64,000 nt of DNA, taken from Escherichia phage BEU42. Shown one piece after another: positions 37,401 to 46,946 of this stretch. Under the pieces are notes generated by a model that saw nothing but the letters and a program-made list of their open reading frames with translations, made no database searches and was not told the DNA's origin. The stretch lies in the sequence record OM632669.1. One strand, given 5' to 3'. Position 1 is the stretch's first letter; every line of letters begins with the position of its first letter. The position numbers and the translations under genes are program-made.

Positions 37401-38991
37401 CATCAGTTGCTTCAACAGCATCACGAATAGTAACTTCTGCTTCTGGTGCTTGAGCCATAGCTTCTTGTGCTGCCTGTGCAACATAGTCATCAGCAACAGG
37501 AGATGCTTCTTCATTCTGCTTCATAACCCGCTCACCACGAGCTACCAAAGTGTTCTTAATAGGGGAAACAACCTTACCTGCTACACTACCAGCAGCTTTA
37601 ACACCAGCCATTGTGGTACGCAATACAGGAGCAGTTGCAGCACCTGCTAAACGAGCAGCACCAGCCGGAGCCTGTACAACACCAGCAGAACCAAAGCCAT
37701 AAAGAGCACCTAAACCAGCTTGTGTACCGACACCTTTAAGCAAGTCTTGGTTCTTATCAATGTTTTGTTGCTGTGCAATATTCTGAGCCAGTTGGCCTGT
37801 AGCACCCTGAACACCTTCTTCCACTGTTTCACGGGCAAGGTTCATACCTACAGCACCTAAAGAACCAGCACGGAAAGGAGCCATCTCAAAACGAGATACC
37901 AGAGGACCAGTTGCAGCAGCAATAGGTAATTGAATAGCAGCAGCAGTAAGACCAGTTTCAGATGCAGTCTGACGACGAGCCTGTTCTGGAGACATACCAT
38001 CTTTAATATGTTGCTGATAAACAGGAGACTTCTCTAAGTCTTTAAGACTCATCTTCATAATTTCATCAGCAGTTTGTTGGTATGCACCACCAGCTTCCAT
38101 TACACCAACACCAACCATACCTGGTGCAGCTCTGCCTACAGTAGAAGCAATACGAGCCAGGGACTGAGTACCAGTACCTGCATCAATAGCACCAGCCAAT
38201 GCAGCACTACGAAGAGTATTTGCTGGAACAACTGCTTTACCCAGTAAAGATGCACCCTTTAATACAGGACCAGCACCTAATAGAGAACCTACCCCTTCTG
38301 CTAACCCATCAGAAATAATAGAGTCAGTTTGAGCAGCATTCTCAATTGAACCTACAAAATCACGTCCAAATTTAGATAAGGAAGCTACTATGTCATTAGT
38401 GCCTTCTTTCTTATCTGTTTGATACTGACGTTCACTCTCTACCTCACTCATTAAGTTACGAGCAGCGAAGAGCTTACGTTTATCTTGTAATGCTTGGCTT
38501 TGGGTAGCATGGACAGCATCATTAAACTTACTCAATTGTTGAGCAACAACAGCACCTGCGTCATCGTTGAGTAAGCCTGCCCCAAGAGCACCAATGCCCC
38601 CAAGGGTATTAACAAAACCAAGACCAACACCAGTAGCAATATCCCCCAGTTCTTCCCCAGGAGTTCTTGTAGTAACTGAATCATTGAATACCTGGTTCCC
38701 TGCATCAGCACGAGCGTTGATAAGTTGTAAGCCTTGCTCAACCCCATACTTATTCATGATTTGCATTGGAGTCAGATTCATGAAATCTGATTGCACTGTC
38801 CCTGGTTCAAATGCATTAGCCCCAACATTACCAGTACGGGCAGCTTGCATTTGATAAGCAGCATCAGGAGAAACAAGAGGAGTAGTGACACCTTGTTCAG
38901 CTTTCTTCTGGGCGGTTGCAGTAGAGACGTCAACTTGCTTTGCATTGGTTACGCTGTCTGCGAACCCAGCCAGTCTATCAAATACTGACAT
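28489..38991 (-). CDS. giant virion-encapsidated RNA polymerase (N4 vRNAP-like)
   Basis: continuous ORF over 10.5 kb; ORF track start 39009 is TTG; first ATG at 38991 has AGGAAA upstream and gives exactly 3500 aa; a protein this size is a hallmark of N4-like phages. Confidence 0.8.
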   Translation of the reverse strand: MSVFDRLAGFADSVTNAKQVDVSTATAQKKAEQGVTTPLVSPDAAYQMQAARTGNVGANAFEPGTVQSDFMNLTPMQIMNKYGVEQGLQLINARADAGNQVFNDSVTTRTPGEELGDIATGVGLGFVNTLGGIGALGAGLLNDDAGAVVAQQLSKFNDAVHATQSQALQDKRKLFAARNLMSEVESERQYQTDKKEGTNDIVASLSKFGRDFVGSIENAAQTDSIISDGLAEGVGSLLGAGPVLKGASLLGKAVVPANTLRSAALAGAIDAGTGTQSLARIASTVGRAAPGMVGVGVMEAGGAYQQTADEIMKMSLKDLEKSPVYQQHIKDGMSPEQARRQTASETGLTAAAIQLPIAAATGPLVSRFEMAPFRAGSLGAVGMNLARETVEEGVQGATGQLAQNIAQQQNIDKNQDLLKGVGTQAGLGALYGFGSAGVVQAPAGAARLAGAATAPVLRTTMAGVKAAGSVAGKVVSPIKNTLVARGERVMKQNEEASPVADDYVAQAAQEAMAQAPEAEVTIRDAVEATDATPEQKVAAHQYVSDLMNATRFNPENYQEAPEHIRNAVAGSTDQVQVIQKLADLVNTLDESNPQALMEAASYMYDAVSEFEQFINRDPAALDSIPKDSPAIELLNRYTNLTANIQNTPKVIGALNVINRMINESAQNGSLDVTEESSPQEMQNVALAAEVAPEKLNPESVNVVLKHAADGRIKLNNRQIAALQNAAAILKGAREYDAEAARLGLRPQDIVSKQIKTDESRTQEGQYSALQHANRIRSAYNSGNFELASAYLNDFMQFAQHMQNKVGALNEHLVTGDADKNKSVHYQALTADREWVRSRTGLGVNPYDTKSVKFAQQVALEAKTVADIANALASAYPELKVSHIKVTPLDSRLNAPAAEVVKAFRQGNRDVASSQPKADSVNQVKETPVTKQEPVTSTVQTKTPVSESVKTEPTTKESSPQAIKEPVNQSEKQDVNLTNEDTIKQPTESVKETETSAKESTVTEELREGIDAVYPSLVGTADSKAEGIKNYFKLSFTLPEEQKSRTVGSEAPLKDVAQALSSRARYELFTEKEVANPAFNGEVIKRYKELMEHGEGIADILRSRLAKFLNTKDVGKRFAQGTEANRWVGGKLLNIVEQDGDTFKYNEQLLQTAVLAGLQWRLTATSNTAIKDAKDVAAITGIDQALLPEGLVEQFDTGMTLTEAVSSLAQKIESYWGLSRNPNAPLGYTKGIPTAMAAEILAAFVESTDVVENIVDMSEIDPDNKKTIGLYTITELDSFDPINSFPTAIEEAVLVNPTEKMFFGDDIPPVANTQLRNPAVRNTPEQKAALKAEQATEFYVHTPMVQFYETLGKDRILELMGAGTLNKELLNDNHAKSLEGKNRSVEDSYNQLFSVIEQVRAQSEDISTVPIHYAYNMTRVGRMQMLGKYNPQSAKLVREAILPTKATLDLSNQNNEDFSAFQLGLAQALDIKVHTMTREVMSDELTKLLEGNLKPAIDMMVEFNTTGSLPENAVGVLNTALGDRKSFVALMALMEYSRYLVAEDKSAFVTPLYVEADGVTNGPINAMMLMTGGLFTPDWIRNIAKGGLFIGSPNKTMNEHRSTADNNDLYQASTNALMESLGKLRSNYASNMPIQSQIDSLLSLMDLFLPDINLGENGALELKRGIAKNPLTITIYGSGARGIAGKLVSSVTDAIYERMSDVLKARAKDPNISAAMAMFGKQAASEAHAEELLARFLKDMETLTSTVPVKRKGVLELQSTGAGAKGKINPKTYTIKGEQLKALQENMLHFFVEPLRNGITQTVGESLVYSTEQLQKATQIQSVVLEDMFKQRVQEKLTEKAKDPTWKKGDFLTQKELNDIQASLNNLAPMIETGSQTFYIAGSENAEVANQVLATNLDDRMRVPMSIYAPAQAGVAGIPFMTIGTGDGMMMQTLSTMKGAPKNTLKIFDGMNIGLNDITDASRKANEAVYTSWQGNPIKNVYESYAKFMKNVDFSKLSPEALEAIGKSALEYDQRENATVDDIANAASLIERNLRNIALGVDIRHKVLDKVNLSIDQMAAVGAPYQNNGKIDLSNMTPEQQADELNKLFREELEARKQKVAKAKAEVKEETVSEKEPVNPDFGMVGREHKASGVRILSATAIRNLAKISNLPSTQAATLAEIQKSLAAKDYKIIYGTPTQVAEYARQKNVTELTSQEMEEAQAGNIYGWTNFDDKTIYLVSPSMETLIHELVHASTFEEVYSFYQGNEVSPTSKQAIENLEGLMEQFRSLDISKDSPEMREAYADAIATIEGHLSNGFVDPAISKAAALNEFMAWGLANRALAAKQKRTSSLVQMVKDVYQAIKKLIWGRKQAPALGEDMFSNLLFNSAILMRSQPTTQAVAKDGTLFHSKAYGNNERLSQLNQTFDKLVTDYLRTDPVTEVERRGNVANALMSATRLVRDVQSRGFNMTAQEQSVFQMVTAALATEAAIDPHAMARAQELYTHVMKHLTVEHFMADPDSTNPADRYYAQQKYDTISGANLVEVDAKGRTSLLPTFLGLAMVNEELRSIIKEMPVPKADKKLGNDVDTLLTNAGTQVMESLNRRMAGDQKATNVQDSIDALSETIMAAALKRESFYDAVATPTGNFIDRANQYVTDSIERLSETVIEKADKVIANPSNVAAKGVAHLAKLTAAIASEKQGEIVAQGIMTAMNQGKVWQPFHDLVNDIVGRTKTNANVYDLIKLVKSQISQDRQQFREHLPTVIAGKFSRKLTDTEWSAMHTGLGKTDLAVLRETMSMAEIRDLLSSFKKVKDEISTLEKEIQNQAGRNWNLVQKKSKQLAQYMITGEVGNNLLRNAHAISRLLGERITNGPVADVAAIDKLITLYSLELMNKSDRDLLSELAQSEVEGMEFSIAYMVGQRTEEMRKAKGDNRTLLNHFKGYIPVENQQGVNLIIADDKEFAKLNSQSFTRIGTYQGSTGFRTGSKGYYFSPVAARAPYSQGILQNVRNTAGGVDIGTGFTLGTMVAGRITDKPTVERITKALAKGERGREPLMPIYNSKGQVVAYEQSVDPNMLKHLNQDNHFAKMVGVWRGRQVEEAKAQRFNDILIEQLHAMYEKDIKDSNANKSQYVNLLGKIDDPVLADAINLMNIETRRKAEELFGKDELWVRRDMLNDALGYRAASIGDVWTGNSRWSSSTLDTVKKMFLGAFGNKAYHVVMNAENTIQNLVKDAKTVIVVKSVVVPAVNFLANIYQMIGRGVPVKDIAVNIPRKTSEINQYIKSRLRQIDAEAELRAAEGNPNLVRKLKTEIQSITDSHRRMSIWPLIEAGEFSSIADAGISRDDLLVAEGKIHEYMEKLANKLPEKVRNAGRYALIAKDTALFQGIQKTVEYSDFIAKAIIYDDLVKRKKKSSSEALGQVTEEFVNYDRLPGRFRGYMESMGLMWFYNFKIRSIKVAMSMIRNNPVHSLIATVVPAPAMFGNVGLPIQDNMLTMLAEGRLDYSLGFGQGLRAPTLNPWFNLTH

Positions 38992-39050
38992 AGTAGGTTT
39001 CCTATACAAACTTATATCTATTAGAAATCACACTATACCTAGTGTAAGGA

Positions 39051-39074
39051 CGAGAAAAAAGCCCCGAAGGGCTT
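39051..39074 (-). terminator. rho-independent terminator (minus strand) upstream of vRNAP gene
   Basis: minus strand reads aagccc-ttcg-gggctt then TTTTTT; between stop at 39092 and vRNAP start. Confidence 0.55.
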
Positions 39075-39091
39075 TTGTATTATGGTAGAAA

Positions 39092-41026
39092 TTAACGAGG
39101 AAATATATCAGGGATACCCAATCGACGTCCGGCATCTCTGCCTAAACTTCTCCGGTTTGCCTCGCTCTCTTCCTGTTTAATATTTTGTAGGCTCTTAATA
39201 TCCAAATTCTGAGGGTCAGCAGCTACAGCACTACGAGCACCATCAAGAAGACGTTTAGCAGTATTAACTCGCTCCTGATAGCGAGGTAGTACACTTCTAA
39301 GGTTTTCCTGACCGGTCTGAATACGACGCTGTACTTCACGTAAATCAGCAAGTGCAGTATCTAACGTATTCTGTGCTGCATAGATGTTTGATTGAATTTG
39401 TGCAGTAAGCTGATTACGAGCATTCTGTTCAATAGCAGTACCAGTAGTTGCAAGTTTTGCATTTGCTTCTACGGCTGCTTTATCCAGTTGGTAATCACCA
39501 CCCAAATCAATAACATCAGTATCAAAGGCATTTCGAATACCACTAAACCATCCCTCTGGTTTACCAGTGATACTGCGTTGAATGATTGCTCCTGCCATAG
39601 CGGGAGAAATAGCATTCTGTTTTGCTACCTCATTGATTTGTCGAACCAGTGCACCTTGGTTAATGCCTTTCAGTTCATTGTTATCAATAATACGTTTAGC
39701 CACCTGACCAGTCGTAGAAGGGTCAACAGTAGCAGCTTGGTATTCAGGCAGCAGAGTATTACCAATATTCTGCATATTACGAGTACCAACAGTATTACCA
39801 GCAACAGAAGTGAATGCTTGTTCCTGTAATGGATTAATAGAATTACCTGTTTCTGCTTGAGCAATGTAATCCTTCATTTCATCCCATGACAGGTTCTTAT
39901 AAGCACCCGGAGTATCATCTGGTAAAGCAGCCCATGTACTCTTCAGATTGCCATTCTTACGAGCATTAAAAATAGCTTCACCCAGTTTGTCTTGGTTCTC
40001 CGGAGACATAGGGATGTTCTGCCAATCTTCACCAAATACCTTTGGAGCAAAGTCTTTAAGGGTATCTTGGTTAATCTGGTATGCACCAACAGGAGAAGCA
40101 CCTAGTGTCTTCTTCATAGTGTCTTGATGCTGAACCACCTGACCTAAGTTCATCTGAGTAATAGGTACATCAGTTGGTGTGAACTTATAGGTAGTGTCAT
40201 ATGCAGAACCATTCCGAGTACCCTGAGTACCAGGAGGAGATAGAGATGCAGAACCAGTTCCCGGAGTATATGCACCTGGGTATGCTCTATCTAACTGAGA
40301 TAGTGCACGACTTACTGCTCCTGGTGACATTTGGTCGAACGTACCCTCTGCAAGCATACGAGCATCGTCAGCACTGTATGCACCACGACGAATATTATTC
40401 AGTAACTGCATAGCAGCCTGAGTATCCGCATCGTTACGCATATCAACACCTAAGTTGAATAAGCTGCGACGTTGACCAATACCAGCAGTACCCTGTCCTT
40501 GAAGGTTGTTCATGTAGTCCATAACAACACCAGCAGGAAGGGTTTTTAATACGTCTCCATACTGAGCCTGTGCTGCCTGAACCTTTCTTGGGTCACCAGA
40601 TTGATAAGCCAGAGCCAATTCCTGCAATGCAGGAGCAGCAGCATCAGTAGCTGCATTTACCTTCATGGTTCTGTCATTACTGTATCGAGTGAAATCCAGA
40701 TTTTGTTGTTTAGATGCTTGGTCTAACAGATTGCCAGCACGATTATCTAAGTTCTCCATAGTACGAGAAGAAATTAGAGAAGGGTCATAGCCAGCAAATA
40801 ATGCTCCAGAAGCTAAGGCATTACGATACTCATTAGGGTCTTGGTAACGCATGGCTTCAGCCATAATTGCATCACCAGCTTGCTGTCTTGCAGAGTCTCG
40901 AAAATCACCTAATGCATTACTCAATCCGGCAGTGGCATTACCCAGCATATTGGAGAAAGTACGAATACTATCCCCAACACCAGAGAAAGAAGGAGCATCA
41001 ACATTACGCCATGTAATTTGAGCCAT
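39092..41026 (-). CDS. virion-associated protein candidate (unknown function)
   Basis: 644 aa, Q/N/A-rich; within late structural block. Confidence 0.4.
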   Translation of the reverse strand: MAQITWRNVDAPSFSGVGDSIRTFSNMLGNATAGLSNALGDFRDSARQQAGDAIMAEAMRYQDPNEYRNALASGALFAGYDPSLISSRTMENLDNRAGNLLDQASKQQNLDFTRYSNDRTMKVNAATDAAAPALQELALAYQSGDPRKVQAAQAQYGDVLKTLPAGVVMDYMNNLQGQGTAGIGQRRSLFNLGVDMRNDADTQAAMQLLNNIRRGAYSADDARMLAEGTFDQMSPGAVSRALSQLDRAYPGAYTPGTGSASLSPPGTQGTRNGSAYDTTYKFTPTDVPITQMNLGQVVQHQDTMKKTLGASPVGAYQINQDTLKDFAPKVFGEDWQNIPMSPENQDKLGEAIFNARKNGNLKSTWAALPDDTPGAYKNLSWDEMKDYIAQAETGNSINPLQEQAFTSVAGNTVGTRNMQNIGNTLLPEYQAATVDPSTTGQVAKRIIDNNELKGINQGALVRQINEVAKQNAISPAMAGAIIQRSITGKPEGWFSGIRNAFDTDVIDLGGDYQLDKAAVEANAKLATTGTAIEQNARNQLTAQIQSNIYAAQNTLDTALADLREVQRRIQTGQENLRSVLPRYQERVNTAKRLLDGARSAVAADPQNLDIKSLQNIKQEESEANRRSLGRDAGRRLGIPDIFPR

Positions 41027-41036
41027 GTGATACCTC

Positions 41037-41489
41037 TTAACGAGTTAAGCGATTAGCTGCAATGTAAGCATCAGCCGTAGATTGGTCACGATTTTCTGCA
41101 ACAGCACGACTACGAGCACGGTCTTCCAGAGCAGTGTTATAGGACTTAATCTGGTTATTCAGATTAGTGTTAGTAACATCTTTAGCAAAAGAGAACTGAC
41201 TCTTAGCTAACTTGTTAGCCTGTAATGCACCATAGATATTACCCAGTGCGTTAAGACCACCTAACCCCAACTGGAAGGTAGGAATGTTCAGACCCAGTTG
41301 GTCAGTAAGCCCTTGAGTCTGCCCACCGGTATTCCCTGTAGCACCACCAGTAATATTCTGAAGCCAATCATTACTAAGGATGCCGGATTGCATAGGGTTA
41401 TAGTTCATGGTTGGGGTATTAAAGGAACCATACCCATAGCCAAAATTGCTTTGTGCAGATGGGGTTCCAAAAAGGAAATTAGTATCCAT
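41037..41489 (-). CDS. hypothetical structural-module protein
   Basis: 150 aa; G/N/T/Q-rich. Confidence 0.4.
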   Translation of the reverse strand: MDTNFLFGTPSAQSNFGYGYGSFNTPTMNYNPMQSGILSNDWLQNITGGATGNTGGQTQGLTDQLGLNIPTFQLGLGGLNALGNIYGALQANKLAKSQFSFAKDVTNTNLNNQIKSYNTALEDRARSRAVAENRDQSTADAYIAANRLTR

Positions 41490-41502
41490 AAGGATTCTCC
41501 TG

Positions 41503-44058
41503 TTACGTATCTAAATCAAGCTGCAACGTTATATCTGCAAAGTTGGTAATCATGTTGTTAGACATGTCAGCTATATCATGACCAGTCATAAGAGTACGGT
41601 TAAGGAATGAATCCAATGGCTCAAATTGTTGGCCTACATTAGTTAGGTTCATTGGGTCAATGTAACCCATGCCCTCAGTGCCAAACATTTCCTCGTACTT
41701 TTCCTGAATGGTTTTCATCTGGTCACGGTACTCTGCCATAAGTTTCTCTGTCTTTTTGACAGTTTCCATAGCAGAAGCATTGATGTAATCACTTATGCCA
41801 TTTCCTACAGATGAAGTGAGTTTAATGATGTTATCTGCTTTCATCATTTCACCCAGCATCGTAGACATGGATGAACCAGTGGATAAAGCTGTACCAACAT
41901 TCATGGCTACCATAGAGGCAATGGTAGCAACAATGATTCCAATCTTATCCCCAAGCAGACTAACAGAGACTGTTTGAATAATGGACATCAGAATCATAGC
42001 TGCAATGGCATTAGCCACAGCCCCAACGATAATAGCAGCTAACCCTGCAAAACCTAATGCAGCACCAATAGAAGCAGCAGTACCCATTACCCCAGCACCA
42101 GCAGCAGGAGTAAAGAACACAGACACTACTACTGCAACAACAACCACTACTACTTTAAAGATGCCAGACTGATACCATTTCTTCTTAACTTTCTTATATG
42201 AGTTAAGAACCAGATAACAACATGCAGTAGATAACTGAGTACCATTTACCAAAGACATACTACGATAAATGTTGTTATGAAGAGGGATGATAAATCCGGA
42301 CTCTTCATCATCATTTAGTGCATCTACACCAGAAATGCTTACAGATTTATTCTTGTAAACATTATTGTTATGGTTCAGGCCATAGACAGAAATCTTCCTC
42401 CATGAATTATCCCCATCCTGCCAATACATTGTTATCTTATCTAGCCTGTAGATATTAAACCCAACTTTGTCATTACCCTTTTCAGAGTACATAACGGCTT
42501 TCTGCATAAGGACTACAGTACCTTCATAAGCAAACTTGAGCTGCCCTTTCTTGGCTCCAGAGAATGCTTTTCCCGAACCAACTGACTCTTCAATGAAGTT
42601 CCAACTAATAGTCATGTTGTAACGGTATCCACCGTTAGAACGAATATTAATGGATTTAGAAGGTATTGTTGGATATACGGGTCTTTTAGGGGGTTTCCCT
42701 ATGGGAATATCCCTATTACCACTACGAGATTTCCACCATTCCTGGTAGGCATCAAAGTCCCTGTTAGCCTGAGCAAAGCCTTCTACCAAAGCATCCATAG
42801 TTGGGTAGTTTGGGTCAGCAGGCATTGACTGATTCACTAACTGGAAGAACCTGTATATAATGTCAGAAATCTTACCCCCTGTAGCCTTCTTAAAGGCTTT
42901 CTTACAAAGAGTATATGTAGAACCAGAAATCCAGTTCTTATCACTACGGATAGGGATGAATGAATAGAATCTGTTATTGGTTGTTTTATTAATAAACAAA
43001 GCATCAAGAACAGCATTACCACTATTCTGTTTATAAATAAACAGTTGAGGCATACCACCAGCAGACAGAGTAGTAACTACATCTGTATTCTGATAAGACC
43101 ATGTATAACCTAAAGTATCTGTAGTTACTGTAGTAGTTCTGGTTTCAGTAACCCCACCACCTAAATCAATAACTTCAGTGTTTGTAGTGGAACCAGTAGA
43201 TACAGTACCAGTCTGTACCTGGGTCATTGTAGTCTTACGAATAATGATTAAGCCTACTTCACTTGGTTCACGAAATTCTTTCTCGTAAACATCTGAGAAG
43301 TTAGTCCAACTAACCTGTTCTTCTTCAGTATTGGTACTTTCCTCATCAGGTCTACCATCAGAGAATACACTCTTAATATGAGTAACTGTCTTCAGAGTAG
43401 CTGACTTAGGGGTATGGTTCTGAGATACCTGAGTCCATTCAGAAGTAGAAGGTAAGTCATCAGCAGATGATACAGATACAACAGGATGAACCACTGGGTC
43501 TGCAACACTAGTAGGCTGTATGTAGTAATAATTCACATACAGATACATTGCATCCTGACTGTAATTCTTTGGATAAAAGGATAACTCACTACCATCAGTA
43601 GCAGTGAGTACAATCCTGTCATCATCCATGATGTCTATTTCAAACTCTTCAGTAATACGGTCTGGATAATTCTCATAGAGGAATTTATCAGCCCATTCCT
43701 CAAAATCACCAAATCCAATCCTACTGCTCTGAACCTGTACCTCATAACCTGCTTTTTGAGGAACTTGCCATTTAACTACTTCAGGGTCTATCTGAGACAG
43801 TACTGACAAGTTCCCATAAGCAATACCAATTGAAGGGTCATAGTTAGTTGCAGCCCAACCAGGGAATCTACGTAAACGAATACCAGGTCCATTTAAATAA
43901 GAGTCAGTGATGGTATCACCCATACTAAAGTCAGATTTACTGACGATGTTACCAATCACCGTAGTCTTTAAATAATTTGGACGTTTATGTATATCCCCTG
44001 CCAAATTGTAGACAGAGGATGCTACGTAGATTTTAGTCTTACTGCTAAACAGTCCCAT
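41503..44058 (-). CDS. large virion protein with C-terminal cluster of transmembrane helices (ejection/channel protein candidate)
   Basis: 851 aa; hydrophobic run VVVVVAVVVSVFFTPAAGAGVMGTAASIGAALGFAGLAAIIVGAVANAIAAMILMSII... Confidence 0.45.
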   Translation of the reverse strand: MGLFSSKTKIYVASSVYNLAGDIHKRPNYLKTTVIGNIVSKSDFSMGDTITDSYLNGPGIRLRRFPGWAATNYDPSIGIAYGNLSVLSQIDPEVVKWQVPQKAGYEVQVQSSRIGFGDFEEWADKFLYENYPDRITEEFEIDIMDDDRIVLTATDGSELSFYPKNYSQDAMYLYVNYYYIQPTSVADPVVHPVVSVSSADDLPSTSEWTQVSQNHTPKSATLKTVTHIKSVFSDGRPDEESTNTEEEQVSWTNFSDVYEKEFREPSEVGLIIIRKTTMTQVQTGTVSTGSTTNTEVIDLGGGVTETRTTTVTTDTLGYTWSYQNTDVVTTLSAGGMPQLFIYKQNSGNAVLDALFINKTTNNRFYSFIPIRSDKNWISGSTYTLCKKAFKKATGGKISDIIYRFFQLVNQSMPADPNYPTMDALVEGFAQANRDFDAYQEWWKSRSGNRDIPIGKPPKRPVYPTIPSKSINIRSNGGYRYNMTISWNFIEESVGSGKAFSGAKKGQLKFAYEGTVVLMQKAVMYSEKGNDKVGFNIYRLDKITMYWQDGDNSWRKISVYGLNHNNNVYKNKSVSISGVDALNDDEESGFIIPLHNNIYRSMSLVNGTQLSTACCYLVLNSYKKVKKKWYQSGIFKVVVVVVAVVVSVFFTPAAGAGVMGTAASIGAALGFAGLAAIIVGAVANAIAAMILMSIIQTVSVSLLGDKIGIIVATIASMVAMNVGTALSTGSSMSTMLGEMMKADNIIKLTSSVGNGISDYINASAMETVKKTEKLMAEYRDQMKTIQEKYEEMFGTEGMGYIDPMNLTNVGQQFEPLDSFLNRTLMTGHDIADMSNNMITNFADITLQLDLDT

Positions 44059-44061
44059 GTA

Positions 44062-44970
<909 letters not shown>

Positions 44971-44980
44971 TCATTGGTTC

Positions 44981-45020
44981 ATTAAAAGAAAACGGCTCAC
45001 GGTTTTACCCAGTGAGCCGT
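44981..45020 (-). terminator. rho-independent terminator candidate (minus strand)
   Basis: 9-bp stem acggctcac/gtgagccgt with 11-nt loop; on minus strand followed by TTTTCTTTT. Confidence 0.45.
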
Positions 45021-45040
45021 GCTGACTTACAGATTAACTC

Positions 45041-45667
45041 TTATTGAGAGTCTACGCTACCAGCAGCAATCTGAGCAGCAGCCAGAGTTTGTAATTCTTC
45101 CTTAGTCAGTGGAGGCAGAACTTCAATGGCAAACTCACGTACCCATGCAGACGTAATATTAGGCTGACCATTCTTACCTTTGGTAACTCGAATGTTCAGG
45201 AACTTACGTTCTTTGAGGAAATTATAAATACAGTAAGGGATGTGATAGCCCTCATCAGTAGCTTCACCAAATGGAACGAATTTACGAACAGTACCAATAT
45301 ATTCGTTAGCTACTGTAATAATCTCACCAGGCAGGTCTTTCTTCTTAGGGTCAAGGTTCTGAATACGTACTCGAACCAGCTTTAATTGTTCTAAGCGTTG
45401 CTGGTGACGTAAAGAAGTTGCCGTAGTTACTGTACCTGTAGACAGAGCCAGAGGATTAGGCTGAGGTTCTACTGGTTCCTGAGCTTTATTTTCCTGTGCT
45501 GCTTCAATCTTCTTACGAAGAGTTTCAGCACTAATATTATTTGAGTATGAAATACCCATCATATTAGCTCGTTGTTTCAGCAGAGAAAGTTCATCAACCT
45601 TAACTTCATCAACGGTGTCATCGTTGCCCTGAGTTAAATCAGCGGTCGGTTTATCGTTAATGCTCAT
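45041..45667 (-). CDS. hypothetical structural-module protein
   Basis: 208 aa. Confidence 0.4.
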   Translation of the reverse strand: MSINDKPTADLTQGNDDTVDEVKVDELSLLKQRANMMGISYSNNISAETLRKKIEAAQENKAQEPVEPQPNPLALSTGTVTTATSLRHQQRLEQLKLVRVRIQNLDPKKKDLPGEIITVANEYIGTVRKFVPFGEATDEGYHIPYCIYNFLKERKFLNIRVTKGKNGQPNITSAWVREFAIEVLPPLTKEELQTLAAAQIAAGSVDSQ

Positions 45668-45681
45668 GTGTATATATCCTA

Positions 45682-45711
45682 TTCATAAAGTAAGGGGAGG
45701 TTTCCCTCCCC
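45682..45711 (-). terminator. hairpin/attenuator downstream of major capsid gene (minus strand)
   Basis: 7-bp stem ggggagg/cctcccc; on minus strand followed by TTACTTTAT. Confidence 0.4.
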
Positions 45712-45729
45712 CTGATGTTAGCCCAACTA

Positions 45730-46935
45730 TTACAGCGGAGCTACAGTTTTAATAAGAGCCAGACGTTCTGGACGTTTAACCAGAATACCGTAGTACCATT
45801 TGATGCTGGAGAAACCAGTTTCACCATATGGGTCATTACGGTCAGCAGTTTCTTTACCAGGCATCTTAGTCATAACGGTAAATTTAAGTGACTTACCATC
45901 AGTCTGGAAGCCAATAGAGGTAAAGGAATCATCACCTACTACCAGCATTGGGTAAACGTCATAGTGCTCCTGACCAGATACCATAGAGGTACGGTAACCA
46001 GGGTTAGCTCCAGTAGCCTGTGCACCAGCACCTGCCCAGTGCAGCATCTCCGGAACCTGAATGATACGGAACTTATCAATAGAACCGACTTCACCATTCA
46101 TGATAGTACCTGCATCAGCATAGTGCTGAGTTTCGATAAAGGCTTTATTACCGAACAAGTCTCTCATTGCTTTCAGTTCTGGAACCAGTTCAGAACCTAC
46201 ATACATAACACGAGTAGCACCGATGACTTTAGTATCAATCATACGGGAACCAGTGATGATGGTAGTCTGAGTAGGAGTACGGTTCTCTGTCAGAATCTGG
46301 TCAAGACGCATCAGGTTCTTATAAGAAACGATAGACGGAGTAGAACCTTCACCAGTGATGGTGGCATCAGAAGTAGCAGCACCAGCATACAGAACAGTAC
46401 CAGCAGCAGCCAGCAAGTCTTTTTGCAGTACAGCTTCAGTAATCTGAGTAGCACCATTCATCAGTTCACGGGACAGGTGTTCCATCAGGCCATCGTCAGA
46501 ATCGAAATCAATAGATTCCTGAGTGAACTCATAGAAGAAGCCAAACTTGTGAATAGAACCTTCACGAGCAATACGAGTAAAACCAACACGGTTAACTCGA
46601 CCGCCGTTTTCAGTCAGTAGAGGCAATTTGGAAGTAATGTTACCGATGTCTTTGCTGGAACCATACAGGTTACCGTTAACGATGGTAGCACCACTTGCAT
46701 CAATACCCTGGTCATTGATGTTACGGTCATCCAGCAGAGGAACATATTCATATACCTTGATGGTCTTACCGTAATGCTTCGGCATGTTAGTTACAGAGGC
46801 CAGTGGCATGAAGTACTGCTCTTTACGGGCAGTGATGATTGCTTTCTTCAGCCAGAAGAAGGTTTGCATCTGGTCAGAGTTAGCACCATCAATACTAGAT
46901 TTCTGACCGTCAGTAGGAGCGTTATAGTTCAACAT
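45730..46935 (-). CDS. major capsid protein candidate
   Basis: 401 aa; sits between scaffold-like and portal-side genes; size matches N4-type capsid protein; strong terminal hairpin downstream. Confidence 0.55.
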   Translation of the reverse strand: MLNYNAPTDGQKSSIDGANSDQMQTFFWLKKAIITARKEQYFMPLASVTNMPKHYGKTIKVYEYVPLLDDRNINDQGIDASGATIVNGNLYGSSKDIGNITSKLPLLTENGGRVNRVGFTRIAREGSIHKFGFFYEFTQESIDFDSDDGLMEHLSRELMNGATQITEAVLQKDLLAAAGTVLYAGAATSDATITGEGSTPSIVSYKNLMRLDQILTENRTPTQTTIITGSRMIDTKVIGATRVMYVGSELVPELKAMRDLFGNKAFIETQHYADAGTIMNGEVGSIDKFRIIQVPEMLHWAGAGAQATGANPGYRTSMVSGQEHYDVYPMLVVGDDSFTSIGFQTDGKSLKFTVMTKMPGKETADRNDPYGETGFSSIKWYYGILVKRPERLALIKTVAPL

Positions 46936-46946
46936 GTCTCAATTCC

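Noticed and set aside
28489-39009. Numerous 60-140-aa plus-strand ORFs inside the giant minus-strand polymerase gene (e.g. 32116-32502, 36346-36762)
   Set aside because: All are antisense to one continuous 10.5-kb ORF and have low-complexity S/L/F/C-rich translations; expected by chance in such a long reverse frame.
38992-39050. Sigma70-type promoter immediately upstream of the polymerase gene
   Set aside because: Partial -10-like hexamers (TATAAG, TATAGT on the minus strand) exist but none has a convincing -35 at 16-18 bp spacing; late promoters of this phage group are weak and activator-dependent, so sequence alone is not decisive.
45964-46620. 218-aa plus-strand ORF inside the major capsid gene
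   Set aside because: Antisense to a well-supported capsid gene; S/T/N-rich low-complexity translation; no RBS.
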